Positions 23,305-37,508 are shown, counted from the whole stretch's first letter. The stretch is 63,518 nt of DNA, filler included, from Neoconidiobolus thromboides FSU 785 (GCA_025603075.1; 7 parts of 7 records of this genome joined end to end with filler, not necessarily neighbours in it), one strand, 5' to 3'. The notes: generated by a model from the letters alone, not told the origin. Made by a program: numbers and translations.

Positions 23305-23701
23305 TTATTGCCACTAAATTTTTTTATTTTATTACTATTGTTTTACTTTATGTTCAAGTAAGGATTACACTTAATTAAAAAAAACTTACATTGGAGTATT
23401 TCTCGTTTTTTGATATAGTAAGTCTTTTATATATAAGCTATTGTTTACTTGAATATAATATCATAATCTAAACTTTGTAAACTCTAAATTTCACTTTCAC
23501 TTTAAATCTATGGATATTATCTCGATAAAACCATTTCATCACTATATTATATTTATTATATTGATTTATTAGCTAGCTATATTAGCTTATCAAGTCTATT
23601 TTGTTTTAGCATCAAGTCCTTTTATAATTTATATTTTACTATGAACATTCGTTCTTTGACATCCCATTATAAATTCTTTAGTACTAAATTTTTAATTCAA
23701 T

Positions 23702-24431
23702 ATGAATAGCAGTAAAAGTAATAAGTACCACCCGATTCTTGTTTGAATCAAGAAACACTAATTGAGCTATGTAATAAATATAAAATATATAGATCATTGC
23801 TTCAGTATGGAATAATGATGAACTTTTCAAAAGTTAGATTTTATTATAATAAACCCAGTATAAGGATTAAAATAGAAAATTTCCATGAATGTACCAAACA
23901 TGTAATTGGAAAACTTATATATTCCACAATAGGAAAAGCCAAAGGTAATAAATTGGAAATTAGATTTTAAAAAAAAAAGGTCAAGAAGCAGTGTTAAACC
24001 AAAAATGGATTATTGATGAGTATGAAGTTAGAGTTTATAGGTCGTGGTGTTATTTAGAGATTATTATCCGTTTAATAATATTAAGCTTTGGGCAGGGATT
24101 TGTTGGCAAAGCATTCGAAGAAAAGCAAAAAACTAGCTTCAGTATTTATGGCAAAGTTGTTTATTGTACTCCTCTATTAGTTGATAAATATCCTTTTTAT
24201 TTCAATCTTGCGATGTTATTTCTTATGCCAAACGATGAAGTGTATTATAATAAAGTAATCATCACAAGCAAGTTTTTAATCAGCACAAATCTTCTATCAG
24301 CCATTTATGTATATGAACCACCTGAAATCAAATGTATTTATTGTAGAAATACCACTCATATGAACAATCAATGCGTAACAATTGGTGTTTTAAGGAATTT
24401 ATTTGATATTGCAAAGAGAGATTCGTCATGA
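23702..24431 (+). pseudogene. RRM-like + CCHC zinc-knuckle gene (LINE ORF1/gag-like), copy 1, frameshifted
   Basis: MNSSKSNKYHPIL-(fs)-LNQETLIELCNKYKIYRSLLQYGIMMNFSKVRF...KLEIRF-(fs at the A10 run, 23969-23978)-KKKGQEAVLNQKW...SIYGKVVYCT...LFLMPND...EIKCIYCRNTTHMNNQC (CX2CX4HX4C). Colinear with the 38302 ORF. Confidence 0.8.
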
Positions 24432-24664
24432 CAATCAAGGACTCAGAAATAAAATAAAATTCAATCATACTGCTATTCTACTTGCTTTGAGTTTACACGA
24501 AAATTGCTAATATGATTTTTAATTCTTGTTTTAATCTTAAATATACTTTGTTTAATATATTAATCTAAATCAATAAGTAAATTGTATCTTGTTTTTACTA
24601 TAATATATATCTTATTAGAGTTTTGTTTAATAAAACTATTCAAAGATTTTGTAAAAGGATCAAT

Positions 24665-24769
24665 ATATGGGGATATATTTTTGTATTTAAGAGTTTTACT
24701 AACAGTTTTTCCACTCAAATAGCGCTAAAAGATGGAAAATTAATGAAGCCAAAAAAAACACCCCCATAT
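24665..24769 (+). mobile_element. MITE family A copy
   Basis: ATATGGGGATATATTTTTGTATTTAAGAG...AAACACCCCCATAT. Confidence 0.92.
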
Positions 24770-25567
24770 ATAAGATAGTAATGTAATAAAAAGGATTGTG
24801 AATTTTATAAAATGGGTTTAAAATAAATCGTATTCTAAGCATAGCGGATAAAGTAATAATTTTTTATAAAATTTGTATTTAATTTTGTTATTAGCTAAAC
24901 ATAATTACATTTCTATTCTATCCCGTAGATTCAAAAAGAAATATTCATTATATACGTATATAAACATTTATTTTATAAAGTCATTATTTATTAAACCTGG
25001 AGAGTTAATTATATTATCATAAAGCTATATTTTATAGCATTAATGTAGATAAACTGGCTAAAAACGTTTTATATTTATTGTAACAAATTTTACGATCCTT
25101 TCGATCCTTTATGTTAAACTAATACTTGATTTTAAACTTCTCTATATCAAGGTATTCATCGTTGTTTTTACATGCTTTGGGGATTTTAAAATATAGCACT
25201 GATTTCTTTGACTATGTAGCTTAATATAAATACAAAGCTACTATGTTCTAGACACTGTTGTTATGACATTGAGTTTACTATGTTATTTTGTCAAGCCTAT
25301 CAAATTATTTTAAGTTTCATTATTTTATCAAGTTTCTTGTATTTGTGCTCTCGTTTTTATTATGAAAGTCCTTGATTCTTATATAAATGGCTTTCAAATA
25401 TTAAATTCTTATATTTATATATTATATCTTGAAGAAGCCTTATTTATAACTGTTATAATATTTAATAACAACCTTTTTATAAATAAGTGACGATTGATTT
25501 ATGATAATCGTATTTTAGTATAAAATATCAAAAGTTTTGTTGTGACACTTATCAAATCAAAACCAAA

Positions 25568-26261
25568 ATGTATATTGATAACGTTGATAAGCGTATTGTG
25601 TAGATTTTTTTAATCAAATTCTTAAAAATTGAATATTTTAGATACAAGTATAAGATCAATAAATCATTTCTTTGATATGGGATAATGATTAACTTGTCCG
25701 AAGTTAACTTCCGACAACATAAAGTAAAGAGTCAAAAGCTTACTTTTATAAATATTAAGGATTGTGTATCAACTATATATTTACCACACTTTATTTTTAT
25801 CCAATGATTGAATTTAAAGAATCTAGTAAAGTTGGAATTGGGTTTAAAAAGGAATTGGAAAGAGAATTCATGTTAAACAAAAATGGGATATAGATGGACA
25901 TGTAGTTATATGATGTCGATTATGGGATTATTCAGAAAACGTTATGGGTATAATGTTATCAAACTTTGGAACTAAAATTGCTTTTGGAAAATTTGAAGAG
26001 AGAATAAAATCCTAACTTAGTATCTATAGAAAAGTTATTTCATGTACTTGATTGTTTGAACCTAGTAAAATATTCCGAATTGATATTGTAATAATCTTTC
26101 TAATATCAAATGATGGGACAGGGAATAGACCAGTGTTATCACATGAATTTCTAACTAGTAATAACCTTCCGCCAGCTATTTGTATCTATGATATTTCTAA
26201 AGCTAAATGTATTCATTGTGGAAGTATTAATCATAAGAGTAAGAAATGTGCAGATATTTGA
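25568..26261 (+). pseudogene. RRM-like + CCHC zinc-knuckle gene, copy 2, multiple stops/frameshifts
   Basis: KYKINKSFL*YGIMINLSEVNFRQHK...KVGIGFKKE...RLWDYSENVMGIMLSNFG...SIYRKVISCT*LFEP...IFLISND...KAKCIHCGSINHKSKKC aligns with copies 1 and 3. Confidence 0.8.
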
Positions 26262-26726
26262 GGCTATAAAAAATTATTTATTTAGCCTGAAAAAGATTAA
26301 CGTAACAACTTATTTGTTTTTTTGTATGCTAATTATTATAAAAATTAGAATAAACTTATCCGTCTTAAACCTTTAATATGACTATTTTTGATTTATATTG
26401 TATATGCTTCTTCCATTAAAAAATTGATCTTGTTTAGGTTGACAAATGTTTAAAGACTAATTTAATTATTAGAAAAGTTAAAATCGTAAAACAAACTATT
26501 ATTCATAGTATAACAATTTGATCAAAATTATGTTTATTTTATGAAAGCATAAAAATTAAAAAATTGTTTTAAAAGAAATAAAACTTTAGTTAATCATTTT
26601 AAAAAAAAATGAAAACTGAATTAATTTCAATTTAAATAATAATTATGCATAACTTCAAGAATCCCCCAAAAAACCGAAATTTCTCATTTTAAAAGCTTGA
26701 CTTTTTTATATATAAAATAATCAAAA

Positions 26727-29700
26727 ATGCCCAGAGATAAAAATAGAAGACCCAGACGTAGACCAAAGACTCAAGAGGAAGAAGAGAATAACCAAATCAA
26801 TGAAATCAAACCGGAAGAAATTGAGCAAACAATTGATAATCAAGACAACCAAATAGGAGACGATAATTATGAAGCAGAAGAACGATTTAATGGCGGTAGA
26901 CCATCTTATATTGATCCAGCATCATTCGGTCAAGTAGAACCTGAAGTTCAACATTATTTTAAAAACTTAGAAAAAGTTATTGATGATAAAGATAATGTAC
27001 CAGAAGGTAAGTGAGTAGGCTATTTTTTTATAAGAATAATATTAAAATTTATTCTAGATTTGGATCTTATGATTGAAAGTGCTTTTAGTGAAATTAAAGA
27101 TAAAGAATATCAGTTGTTTGTTGATCATGAATGTTCAAGAGTTTTAGAAAAAATTGTTTGTTTAGCTCCAACTTATAGAATTGTTCAATTATTGAACGTT
27201 TTAAATCAGAAGTAAAAAGATTTGTTTACCAATAATTTATATATTAATATAGTTTAGACTTCTTACTTGTTTAACTCATCGATTTGCCTCCCATGTATGC
27301 CAGACATTAATTATTTTATCTTCAGAAATCTTAGATAGAGAAGTAAGCTTTTTTATTTACTTTTGAGTAAAAATAAGTATTAATAAAAAAAAATAGTGTA
27401 AAGGACAACCAGTAAAAATACCTGAAGATTTAAAAGAGGAGATAGGTGAATTACCAACTATGGAAGAATTATTTATTTCAATATCCAATGTAAGTTTTGT
27501 GTGTAAAGGAATTTTTTATTTATATTTAATCTAAATAGAACCTTTCCGGTCGTTGGTCCGATCTAATTTTTGATACTTTTGCTTCCCATGTGCTTCGAGT
27601 AGTACTTCAAGTATTTCATGGCTCACCAATTGAGGATGCCAACTCCCATAAATCCGTAGTTAAAAGTAAAAGTTCCAAAAAATACATGGAAGCTAAAAGT
27701 GGCGGGAATTTTATAGTAAATTTATATCATTACTCTAACCTATTTATTTTGTATTAATATGTTTATAGGCACCAAAATTAGAAGGAAATAGACAAGTACC
27801 AGATTCTTTTAAAGATTTATTGAAAAATGTAACTACTGAGTTAATTGTTGATGTATCAGAAACTGTATTGAGAACCACTGTTTTTCATACAACGGCTAGT
27901 CCAGTTATTCAATTATTATTACAAATTCAATCTAAAAAAGATGGACCTGAAAGTGTGGATGCCTATGTTAATACTTTATTACATGATATTCCTACTGAAG
28001 AAGGTAAGCTGTTTTAATTATTATTTTGTTATAGAATATATATTAATTTTTTTTAGCTATCATAAATCAAGGAGATAAATTAAAAAATCCATATGTACTT
28101 GCTATTATTAAAGATAATGTAGGATCTCATTTATTTGAAAAAATAGTACAAGTAAGCATTATTTATATAAATTATTATTCAATATTAGATGCTAAATCAA
28201 TTAACAATTAGGTCGTTTCAAATTCAATGTATAATCGAATTTATCAGTTATATTTCCGTAATAAAATGATAGATTTAAGTTTACATGGTACGGGAAATTT
28301 TGTTATTCAAAGTTTGATTTCAAATGCTAGAAGTGAAGCTCAATTACAATCTATGATTGATGAAGTTGTTCCTTCTTTTGAAAGGCTTTTGAGTAAGTTT
28401 GGATTTTTTATTGGTAGGTATATGTTTTTTATAAAGTTTTTAAATAGAGGTTGGTCGTCCAGGTGTCGTTAGAAGTGTTGTCGATGCTTGTCTTAATTTA
28501 AATGCTTGTTATAAGGAAGCTGTTAAGGTAGTTATTCGATTTAATATATAAAGAGTTTAAATTCCAAGTTATAACAATATGTTTAGTTGACTTCAACATA
28601 CACTAAATGATTAAACCTTATATTAATTTTTATTTTGCTTTAGGGACTTACATCAGCATTCCATATCAATACGCCAACTGAACAAAAAGATTTAATTCAT
28701 GTTGTATTAAGAATGGAAAGTTATCCAGTAATTTTATTTATTAAGATTAATACTTAATTATTAAATGATATATTATAGACATATAAACAATATGAGCATG
28801 AAAAAGTTAAATATCATCTTCAAGGATCAACACTATTACAATCTTTAATAAAATATCCAGAACCACATAATGGATTAGTTATTAATAGGTAACATAATAA
28901 CTAACAGTATAAAAATGTGAAATACTAATATTATTTAATAGTATATTAAGTCAATCTAGTGAAACATTATTAAGTTTATCAAAAGATCAAACAGCTTCAT
29001 TTATTATTGAAAAGATATTAAAATCGGACAATATCAATCTTAAAGTTAAACGTAGAATATTAAATGCATTTGATGGCTCATTTCATTTGCTTGCTATTGA
29101 CAAATTTGCTGGTCGTATTTTAGATGCTTGCTGGGCTATTGCTGATATTAAAGACAAAGTAAGTTTATAATAATGTTAATATTAATATAAACTAATTACT
29201 AATAAATATTTAATTTTAATAGGAAAAAATAGCTAGTGAATTAGTACAACATGAAAGTTTACTAGCAACAAATTTCTTTGGAAAATTTGCTTTAAGAAAT
29301 TGTAAAATTGAAAGTTTTAAATATAAAAAAGACGATTGGATATTACGTGAAGAAGGATTTGATCGTAAAAAACAAATGTTTAATGAAATATTTGATGAAA
29401 AAGATCAATCTTTATTTACAAAGAAAAAATCGTTATTAGCTAATAGTTTAAAGCCAAGTATAGCATATCAAGGTAATAATGAGAATGAGAAGAATGGGGG
29501 GAAGGTAATTTTGATTGAACTTTTTTTAGTAACAAAAATAATTGATTTTTTATGTTAGAATGTATCAAACAATGATAAGGTTTCAGAAATTGATGAGTTA
29601 TTTTCAAAAGTTAAGAAAGAAAATAAAGAGGATGATATAATAAATAAGAACATAGAAATAGAAAAACCAAAAAAGAGTAAAAAGAATAAAAAGAAAGATA

Positions 29701-29888
29701 AAGATATGGAAGACATATTAGAAGCTATAACATTCTCCTCTGGTAAAAAGAAGCGTAAGAAAGAAGAAAAGAAGGATGAGAAAAAAGAAAAGAAGGAGAA
29801 AAAAGAAAAAAAAGGCGAGGATAGGGTTAAGAAGGAAAAAAGTAACGACGATATCTTTTTAAACGTAAACGGAGATTCAAGAAAATAA
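26727..29888 (+). CDS. NOP9: Nucleolar protein 9 (Pumilio/PUF-repeat 18S rRNA processing factor), multi-exon
   Basis: Spliced fragments FGQVEPEVQHYFK / QLFVDHECSRVLEKIV / LLTHRFASHVCQTLI / FDTFASHVLRVVL / KDNVGSHLFEKIV / LSLHGTGNFVIQSLI / LAIDKFAGRILDACW / NFFGKFALRNC, and a Lys-rich C-terminus. About 10 short GT-AG introns; exon boundaries approximate. Confidence 0.9.
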
Positions 29889-30355
29889 AGGAAGAAAGTA
29901 TCTAAAAAAGTATGAATGATTTTGAGACATAATAAGTATTGTAATAATATATAGAGTTTTATCGTATAATATAGGTTATACTTTTATAGAGAGTTAGGTT
30001 ATGAAATAAATATAAATTAACTATTTAGTGTTTTTGTTTTATTGTTTTGATTTATTTATGCTTTGTTTAAACTTTCTATAACTTAGACCATCAAAATGGT
30101 CAATTAGGATAGTATTTATGTTGAATTCAACTTCATGATTAATTTATTTGATAAATTGGTATTCTGATTATTACTATAACTTCAATGAACTATTGTTTAA
30201 TTATTACAATATTTTTTAGAAATCCCAATTTCAAATTAAACGCTTACTAAAAAAGACTCAAAAAAAACAAGCTTCAATTTAATTGGTAAAAATTTCGAGC
30301 TAATTCAGTTTCACTTGTGATAAGCTAATTTTTAACTTTTTTATAATTAACTACA

Positions 30356-31352
30356 ATGGCCAGCAAATTGATTAGAGTAAATAAACAACTCATAGTATAA
30401 TACTACATTATGTTAATAGCAATGAACTATTTAGAAAGCCTTTATTGGAACCTCATTACTTGGGGTAGGAAGTTTAATTAATAAACAAGCTATTTTAAAT
30501 CAAGGAGAGAAAACTAAAGTAAATAAGATTAAAATGAACAAAACATAAGAAGAATACTAATATAATAATTTAGCCAAGTATTTATGATGATAGTGTCATT
30601 GAGTTGGTTTATCTTGAAGATAAAACTTCAAGACTTGAGCATAAAATTAAAGAAATTCGTTTAGAAACTAATGAACAAATTGTAGGCTATAAAGTAAGTC
30701 TTATTATTGCTATCTTAATCTGTTAATTAACTAATTGTTTCTATCAAAAAATGTAGAGTTTTATTCAAAGTTATATTGATAAAATTGTTCATTTTGAACA
30801 AAAAACTGAAAGTGAGCGGTTTATATTTGATTAAAATGAATGATTTTATATTAATTTTAATAGAATTTGTCCACTCTTTAGTACCAAAAAATGAGACTTT
30901 ATTACCCAATTCTTTATATGTCGGTATTGCTACTTTATATGGTAGTATTTTAGCTAGAAACAGTAATCACTTTAATTGATTTTTTATTATCTTAGTTAAC
31001 TAACCGACAATTTTACCATATAGGATTCTTCCTCCTTCGTTTAGCTTCCCCCCTAGCTTTTGGTATTTCCTTTTCTTATTTCTTACTGCCAGGTACCACT
31101 CAAAATATAGCAGATCGATTAGTTGATTTTTATAAAAATAATTCAACCAATTTGAACTTCAATGAAATCAGTTCTGCTTCAAGTACTACTACTGAACATT
31201 CTAAAAGTTATACATCTCCAGAGTTAGATATCAATAATAAAAATCAAAATGCTCCACTTGAACAAACAATTCAAGAAGTTGAGGCTATGTATACTACTCG
31301 TGGTGATCCAGGCGTCCGTCCTGTTTTGGAGCGTAAAGAAACTTCAGAATAA
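30356..31352 (+). CDS. MIC26: MICOS subunit Mic26/27 (apolipoprotein O family), multi-exon
   Basis: Spliced pieces PSIYDDSVIELVYLEDKTSRLEHKIKEIRL / FVHSLVPKNETLLPNSLYVGIATLYGSILARN / FFLLRLASPLAFGISFSYFLLPGTTQNIADRL match the ApoO/Mic26 pattern. N-terminal exons are uncertain. Confidence 0.75.
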
Positions 31353-31547
31353 ATATAAAAGTTTAATTAATATGTTTTGTTATTGAAAGGTAGCTGTAAT
31401 TTTTTGTGCTTTAGTTTTTTATTAGGATTTTTTAAACAAATTTATAAAGAAACAATTAAATAGAGTGGAAAAAAGATTAAGATTTTAATATTTTATTTAA
31501 TGGAACAATTAAGCCAGTTTAATAAACTAGTATATCGTTCAATGGAT

Positions 31548-32653
31548 TTATGCTTTGGCAATAAGTTCTAAAGAAAGAAGTAATAAATATATAATCAAAG
31601 ATAAAACAACAAAAAAAATTACTTTGGGCATCAGCAATAGCTTCTTTAAGGAGTTGAGCTTGCTATTAAAATATTAATACCAAAATAACAATACATATAA
31701 AATCACTTACAATTTTTGGATCCTTAATAGATTTTTGAACATTTTCTAAAACTTGAGCAGCAACAGCTTTTTGTTCTTGTTCACGTACAGCGTTTTCATA
31801 ACGTACCCAAGAATCAAGAGTAGATTTAATTTCACTGTTGACTTGAACTTGTTGCTTAAGTTCAAAAATTTTACTTTGCATAGAAGCTAATTCCTATTAA
31901 TTGAAAATGAAATTATTGATATCGTAATAAAATATAATTCAAGTATTAAGGACTACCTTTGACATAGTAAATAAATCTTTGGTAACTGGTACAATATCAG
32001 ATAATTGAGTAGCAGATTCAATACGTTCTTTGACTTGTTCTTTATGATTTTGACGAGCTTCAACTAAAAGGTTTTTAATGAACTAAATAAAAAAAATCAG
32101 TTATTCTCAAACTCATAATTTCAGCTCAAATAAACTTACATTTAATCGATTTTCAGCCCATTCATTATAGGGAGCTTTAGCATTTTTTAAAATTAAAGCA
32201 ACAATAGCTAAGAAAGAAGCAGCAACAACAGTTTCTTCATTAACTACATAAATTTCTTTAGAAATTAACCAAGTAGATAAAGTAGCTCCGATGGTAACAA
32301 ATCCAGCTTTTGATACAATATTGTTTCCTGGAAGGGAATCAATCAAACTAGTAGCTTTGGTTTTTGGATCAACTTGTTTAACTAAAACAACAAAGGTTAA
32401 TAAAAAAGGTACAAATAAGATGATGAAAATTACCTTCTGGGGTGCTGGAAGAGTTACGAACACTGAAATATTTTTAATATTTTTTTAGTTTAAAATGTAT
32501 AAATAAAATTACATTTGGTTACAAACTGAAGTACGTAAACTTTTAGCAGCTACAGTACGGGATACAGCTATTTAAAAAAATTAACCTTTAAAATCTTCAA
32601 CTATGTAATAATATTTTACTTGATAATGAAGAAATCGCAAATTTGGAAGCCAT
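31548..32653 (-). CDS. ATP4: Mitochondrial ATP synthase subunit b (subunit 4), multi-exon
   Basis: Presequence MASKFAISSLS..., then DPKTKATSLIDSLPGNNIVSKAGFVTIG...SKEIYVVNEETVV and KSTLDSWVRYENAVREQEQK. Introns have GT-AG ends; stop TAA at 31548-31550. Confidence 0.95.
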
Positions 32654-33068
32654 TTTTAAATCTAAAATTTAATCTTAATTAATAAACAACGTAATTTCTG
32701 AAGTATCTTGTATTGTCTTACTAACTATTGTTTTAAGATAGAGTTTTTTTAACCTTAAAATTAAAACGTTGTTTACTCGCAACTATCAGATTCGAAATTG
32801 ATAAAATAAACCAATCAGATATTGATAAGTTAGGGTTATTTAATTTTACCCTAATTTTAAAAAAAATTACTGGCTGAAATACTAAGTTTAGGTTTGGGGT
32901 ACAGGGCATTATACTTTTGGGGTACTTAATTTTAGTGTAAAAATTGTAGTGATGCAAAATTAAATGATTGGATTTATCCCAAAATTAAATCCCATCGCAT
33001 TTTATTTAGGATAAACTTTATTTTAATTTTAGTTACAATTTTATCAAAAAAATCAAAATCAAAATCAA

Positions 33069-33522
33069 ATGTCCATTACGCCTAGAAGTCGAGTATTAAA
33101 AGTATATAGAGAATTATTGAGCTTAACCCAAGAGATACCAAAAGATCATTTAAGACCAAAAAGACAATTTCGAGATGAACTTAAAGAGCATATTGTTAGT
33201 AAGTTTAAATTAAATAAAGAAGTACCCGTTGGGAGTGAAGAATGGAATATTTTAATAAAAGATGCGGAAGAACAATTAACAGCTTTTGAAAATTTAGCGG
33301 ATAATAAATATCATGATGAGGTAACTTAATAATATTTGTACTGCTAAATAATTAAGGATATAAATTAAACGAATAATATTTTAGTTTCCATTATCTAATA
33401 AGATGTTAAATCCAGCTAGTAATCCAAAATATTATGAAAATTTAGTTTTGGATTTAGCTAAAACGGATCCAAATAAAAAACCAACGGTTAAAGATTATTT
33501 AAAAGGATTCTTTCGTAGATAA
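33069..33522 (+). CDS. CBP6: Cbp6/UQCC2-like cytochrome b translation and complex III assembly factor (2 exons)
   Basis: MSITPRSRVLKVYRELL...IPKDHLRP...LADNKYHDE / intron / FPLSNKMLNPASNPKYYENLV...KGFFRR*. Confidence 0.75.
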
Positions 33523-34907
33523 GGAAGATATAAGAGGAGTAAAAGGAAGTTGAGCTTAAAATAAATTATTCAATAGCTTATTAACAGATGAGGCGTGATT
33601 GAAGTTATTAAGTGGTGAATTTCAAAATAAAATATAATAAAATAGTATTATTTATAAAATTTTAATTATGTTTAAAGTTGTGATATGTTAAATAAGAGGC
33701 TTATGTCTATTATTGTAGGGTTTTTATTAATAAAGTTTAATAAAACATCAAAATAGATTTAATAAAGTATATACAAACGAAGGTGAAGGTCTTTTTTATG
33801 TAAGTTATAAATATAAGATTCTTTTTGTGGTATAAAATTGTGATTAAAACTGTATAAAAATTCCAAAACCTAACTTAAAGTTGTCTAGACTATGCGCAAT
33901 TAATATTTTATAAAAATCGAACAATAGTTTACTTGAATAAATTTAGTCCAGTATTCTAATCTGAAGGCCAATCATATTTATTTTTAATTTATTTTAAAAA
34001 TTAAAACATACAATAACGATATTAATAAAAAGGATATTATTTTATAGAGATTTTGATTATTTATTATTTATTATTGCTATAATACTCTACTAAACTTAGG
34101 GATAGATTTTGCAAAAACAAAATTTGGCTTTGAAAACTCTTTCCTGCAAAGTAAATTCCCAGTCAAAGCTATTTTTGCAATAATAATGATAATTTTTGAA
34201 AAGAGCTTATGATTTTAAACTTTAAATTTAAACTGAATAAACAGTTGATTTTTAAGCTTAAATTTAAAAGTTAACTCAAAAATTTGATTCTGAGATAAAA
34301 ATAAAATATCGAAAATAATATTATTTATAAAAATAAAAAAATCCATAAAAAACAATTTTTGAATTAAAATGCTTAATCCTATAAATAAATGAAGTTAAAT
34401 TTTTAAAGACAATCATTTTTTATTGTAAATTTTTAAAAATGAAAGAAAACAATTTCTATTTAAATTTTAAAACAATAACTCTCTTTAAAAATAGTATGAT
34501 TGTTTTTGATAATTATTGCTAAAAGTAGTTTGCAAAAAATAAAGTTAGTCCAAAAGCCGACTTTATTTTTGCAGAAATCCATCCTTAATTTTGAAGAGTA
34601 TTATACTAAACTCTACTTATGATAATGAAAATTAATTATAATAATATATTGATTTGAATTTAGTATAATTAATATCATAGTTTTTAATTCCAACTTATTA
34701 AATATTGAATAATAATATTTATTTTAAATATTAATATTAAAACTTTTTTTAAATTTTTAAATTTTTAAAATAATCAAAAATTTATTACGTTTAATAGTTG
34801 TGTAATCAATTTCTCTTTATTGTTTATTGGTTGAACTATAACTAAATTATAATTTATAAAACATAAATTACTTTCAATTTAATAAACAAAACACAAGGTA
34901 AAAAACA

Positions 34908-37165
34908 ATGGATGAAGATGATATTTTATTATATGGGGAAGCGGCATATGAGATGAATGATAGTGCGAAAGAGGATGAAAAGACACCATCTGAATTACAA
35001 AAAAAAGAAGAAAAAGAAGAAGAAAAAGAAGAGTTTAATGATTTTGATTTATATGGAAATAGTAATATAACTGAAAGCAATGATGTTCAAAGTTCCACTC
35101 AAGCAGACAGTACAACAAAAAAAGAAGTTGCAATCAATCAATTAAATCAAGATGAACAAGATTTAGTATTAACGGGTGGATTTATGAATGAACAAACAGA
35201 AGGGTTAACATTGAAAGAAGGTCAACAAGATAGTAATTTAAAGACATTAAATCAAGATTTATTACAAAAACAACAAGACGCATTAAAATCATTAGCTAAA
35301 GAAGAAGAACATAATGAACAATTACCTTCTTTAGATAATTTAGATAGTGATAGCGAAGAATCTATTGATATTATCTTAGATTGCCCAGAAGATAATGAAG
35401 ATGAAGAAAATAATAATAATAATAATAATCAACAATTAGTGAATGTTAAAGTAGTAGTGGACAATAAAATGAAACAAAACGAAAAGGGAGGAGGTATTGA
35501 TTTAAATCCAGAACCTATTTACGATGGGGATAATTTATTTGATTTAAATTTGGATCATTTTGAAGATAAACCTTGGAAGAAACCGGGTAAATTTAATTTA
35601 TCAAATTTAAAATTCAGCTGCAGCTTCATTAAATCAATATTATTTTAGGTGCTGATATTACTGATTATTTTAATTATGGATTTAATGATAGAACATGGGC
35701 TTTGTATACTCAACGTCAACAAGCTATGAGATTAGGTGGTAGTAAAATTTTAGTAGATGTCTTAGCTAATCAAGTGAAATCAATTTACCATAGTAAATTT
35801 ATCATCTATTATTTACTTTTAATTAAATGTATCAATTTATTTAGATTCTAATCCAGGCTTTAATCAAAATATGAATAATAATGATAGAGATGATCCTGAT
35901 AACGTGTAAGTTAAATAAGAATAAAATAATTTATTAATATCAGTATTAATGTTAATATTAAGGAATCGACAAAGACCAATAATAAATTACAATACAGGTA
36001 ATGATTAAAAAGAAAGATAAAATAAAATAATATTAATATTAATATTAACATATTAAATTTAGATCCTAATACAATGTTTCATGGAAATAATTTTAATGTA
36101 ATTTACATTATATAACTATAAACATTGAAAAACAAACCAATGAGCTAATAATATTTATTTTATAGCTATCAAACCAAAATCAATTAAATTCAAATCAAAA
36201 TAATATGAATCAAAACTTAAACAGTAGAGATGAGCGAAATAATAATAATTTATCTCCAATTAAAAATCGAGGAAAATACAGTGATGATGACAATTATAAT
36301 AGTAATAGATAATATAATATAATAAATTAATTTAATATAATTCACAGATAAAAATAAAGATACTCGTCGTAGAAGAAGTCCTAGCCCTAATTATAAATAT
36401 TCACCAAATCATCGACGCTCTCGTTCACCTAACTATAAAACGAATATTAATTCACCAGGAAGACATTCAAGATCACCAAGTTATCGACGATCTTTATCTA
36501 AAAGAAGATCACGTAGTCCGAAGAGAAGATCACGTACACCATCACGTAGAAGATCTAGGTCTAGATCAAAATCAAAAACTAGAAATCGATCTAACTCTAA
36601 AGTTATTAAAGATAGAAGATATGATAAAGTTAAAGATACTAGTAAATCTAGAGATTTAAGCATAGACTCTAAAAGAGTAGAAGGTAAATTATTTATATTT
36701 ATATTTAATACTAATATAAAATAATAATAATAATATTTATTAAATTAGATAAAAATAAAAAAGATAATGGAATGAATAATAATGAAAGAAATCGAAAAGA
36801 GATTAAAAATTATAGGGAAAATATTGATTTGAATTATAACAACGATAATAGGGATAGATTATCTTTTACTAAATCAAGTGAAAACAAAGTAAGCTAATCG
36901 TAAATTATTGTTACTATTATTAATTATTAACTATTAATTATATATTATTGATATAATTTTATTAATTTTTTCTTTTTAGAATTTTGATAAAGAAAGAGAT
37001 AACAAAAGATCTACACAAGGAGATAGATCAGGTAGAAAATCTCCTGAATATTCTAATATTAGGTAATAACGATTATTATAAATAATGTTTTATAATTTAC
37101 TTATGTTATTATTTAGTGAAAAAAGAAGCAATAGAAATGATTATGATAGTAAACGACGTCGATAA
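34908..37165 (+). CDS. FIP1: Pre-mRNA 3'-end processing factor Fip1, multi-exon, Arg/Ser-rich C-terminus
   Basis: Fip1 motif DLNLDHFEDKPWKKPG / intron 35587-35648 / ADITDYFNYGFNDRTWALY. Acidic N-terminus; RS/RD-rich 3' exons. Confidence 0.93.
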
Positions 37166-37508
37166 ATCACAATTTATTATATTTTTTTAATTTAAAAGTT
37201 ATATTAAAAAAATCATTTTATTTTTGCTACTTTTTTAAATTTAATAAAAATTCAATATTATTATTTAATATAAAAGTAATATTTTATTTTGATTTATCAA
37301 TTTAGATAAATTTTTTGTTCTTAATTCATTTTCTAAAAATCCTACAAAATTTTAAAAACTATCAAAAGCTTATCGTATTTCAATTATACCCCAAAGTTGC
37401 TCAACAACCAATTTTTCTTTCTCTCCTCCTATCTTTTCCTCCTCTTCTATTGATATAAAATACTCACCAAATTGTTTTGATATATTAATTATATATTCAT
37501 CATCTACT

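Noticed and set aside
23960-23990. Programmed -1 frameshift at TTTTAAAAAAAAAA in knuckle copy 1
   Set aside because: The zero-frame A-site would be a stop codon, no downstream stimulatory structure is evident, and the gene has a second frameshift near its start. Mutation or homopolymer error is simpler.
23201-24769. Knuckle genes carried as cargo of composite MITE pairs (23201-24769 and 37509-39832 are both bounded by inverted copies)
   Set aside because: The genes are far more diverged from each other than the MITEs are, their flanks show no homology, and copy 2 lacks a right-hand MITE. Chance bracketing is likely at this density.
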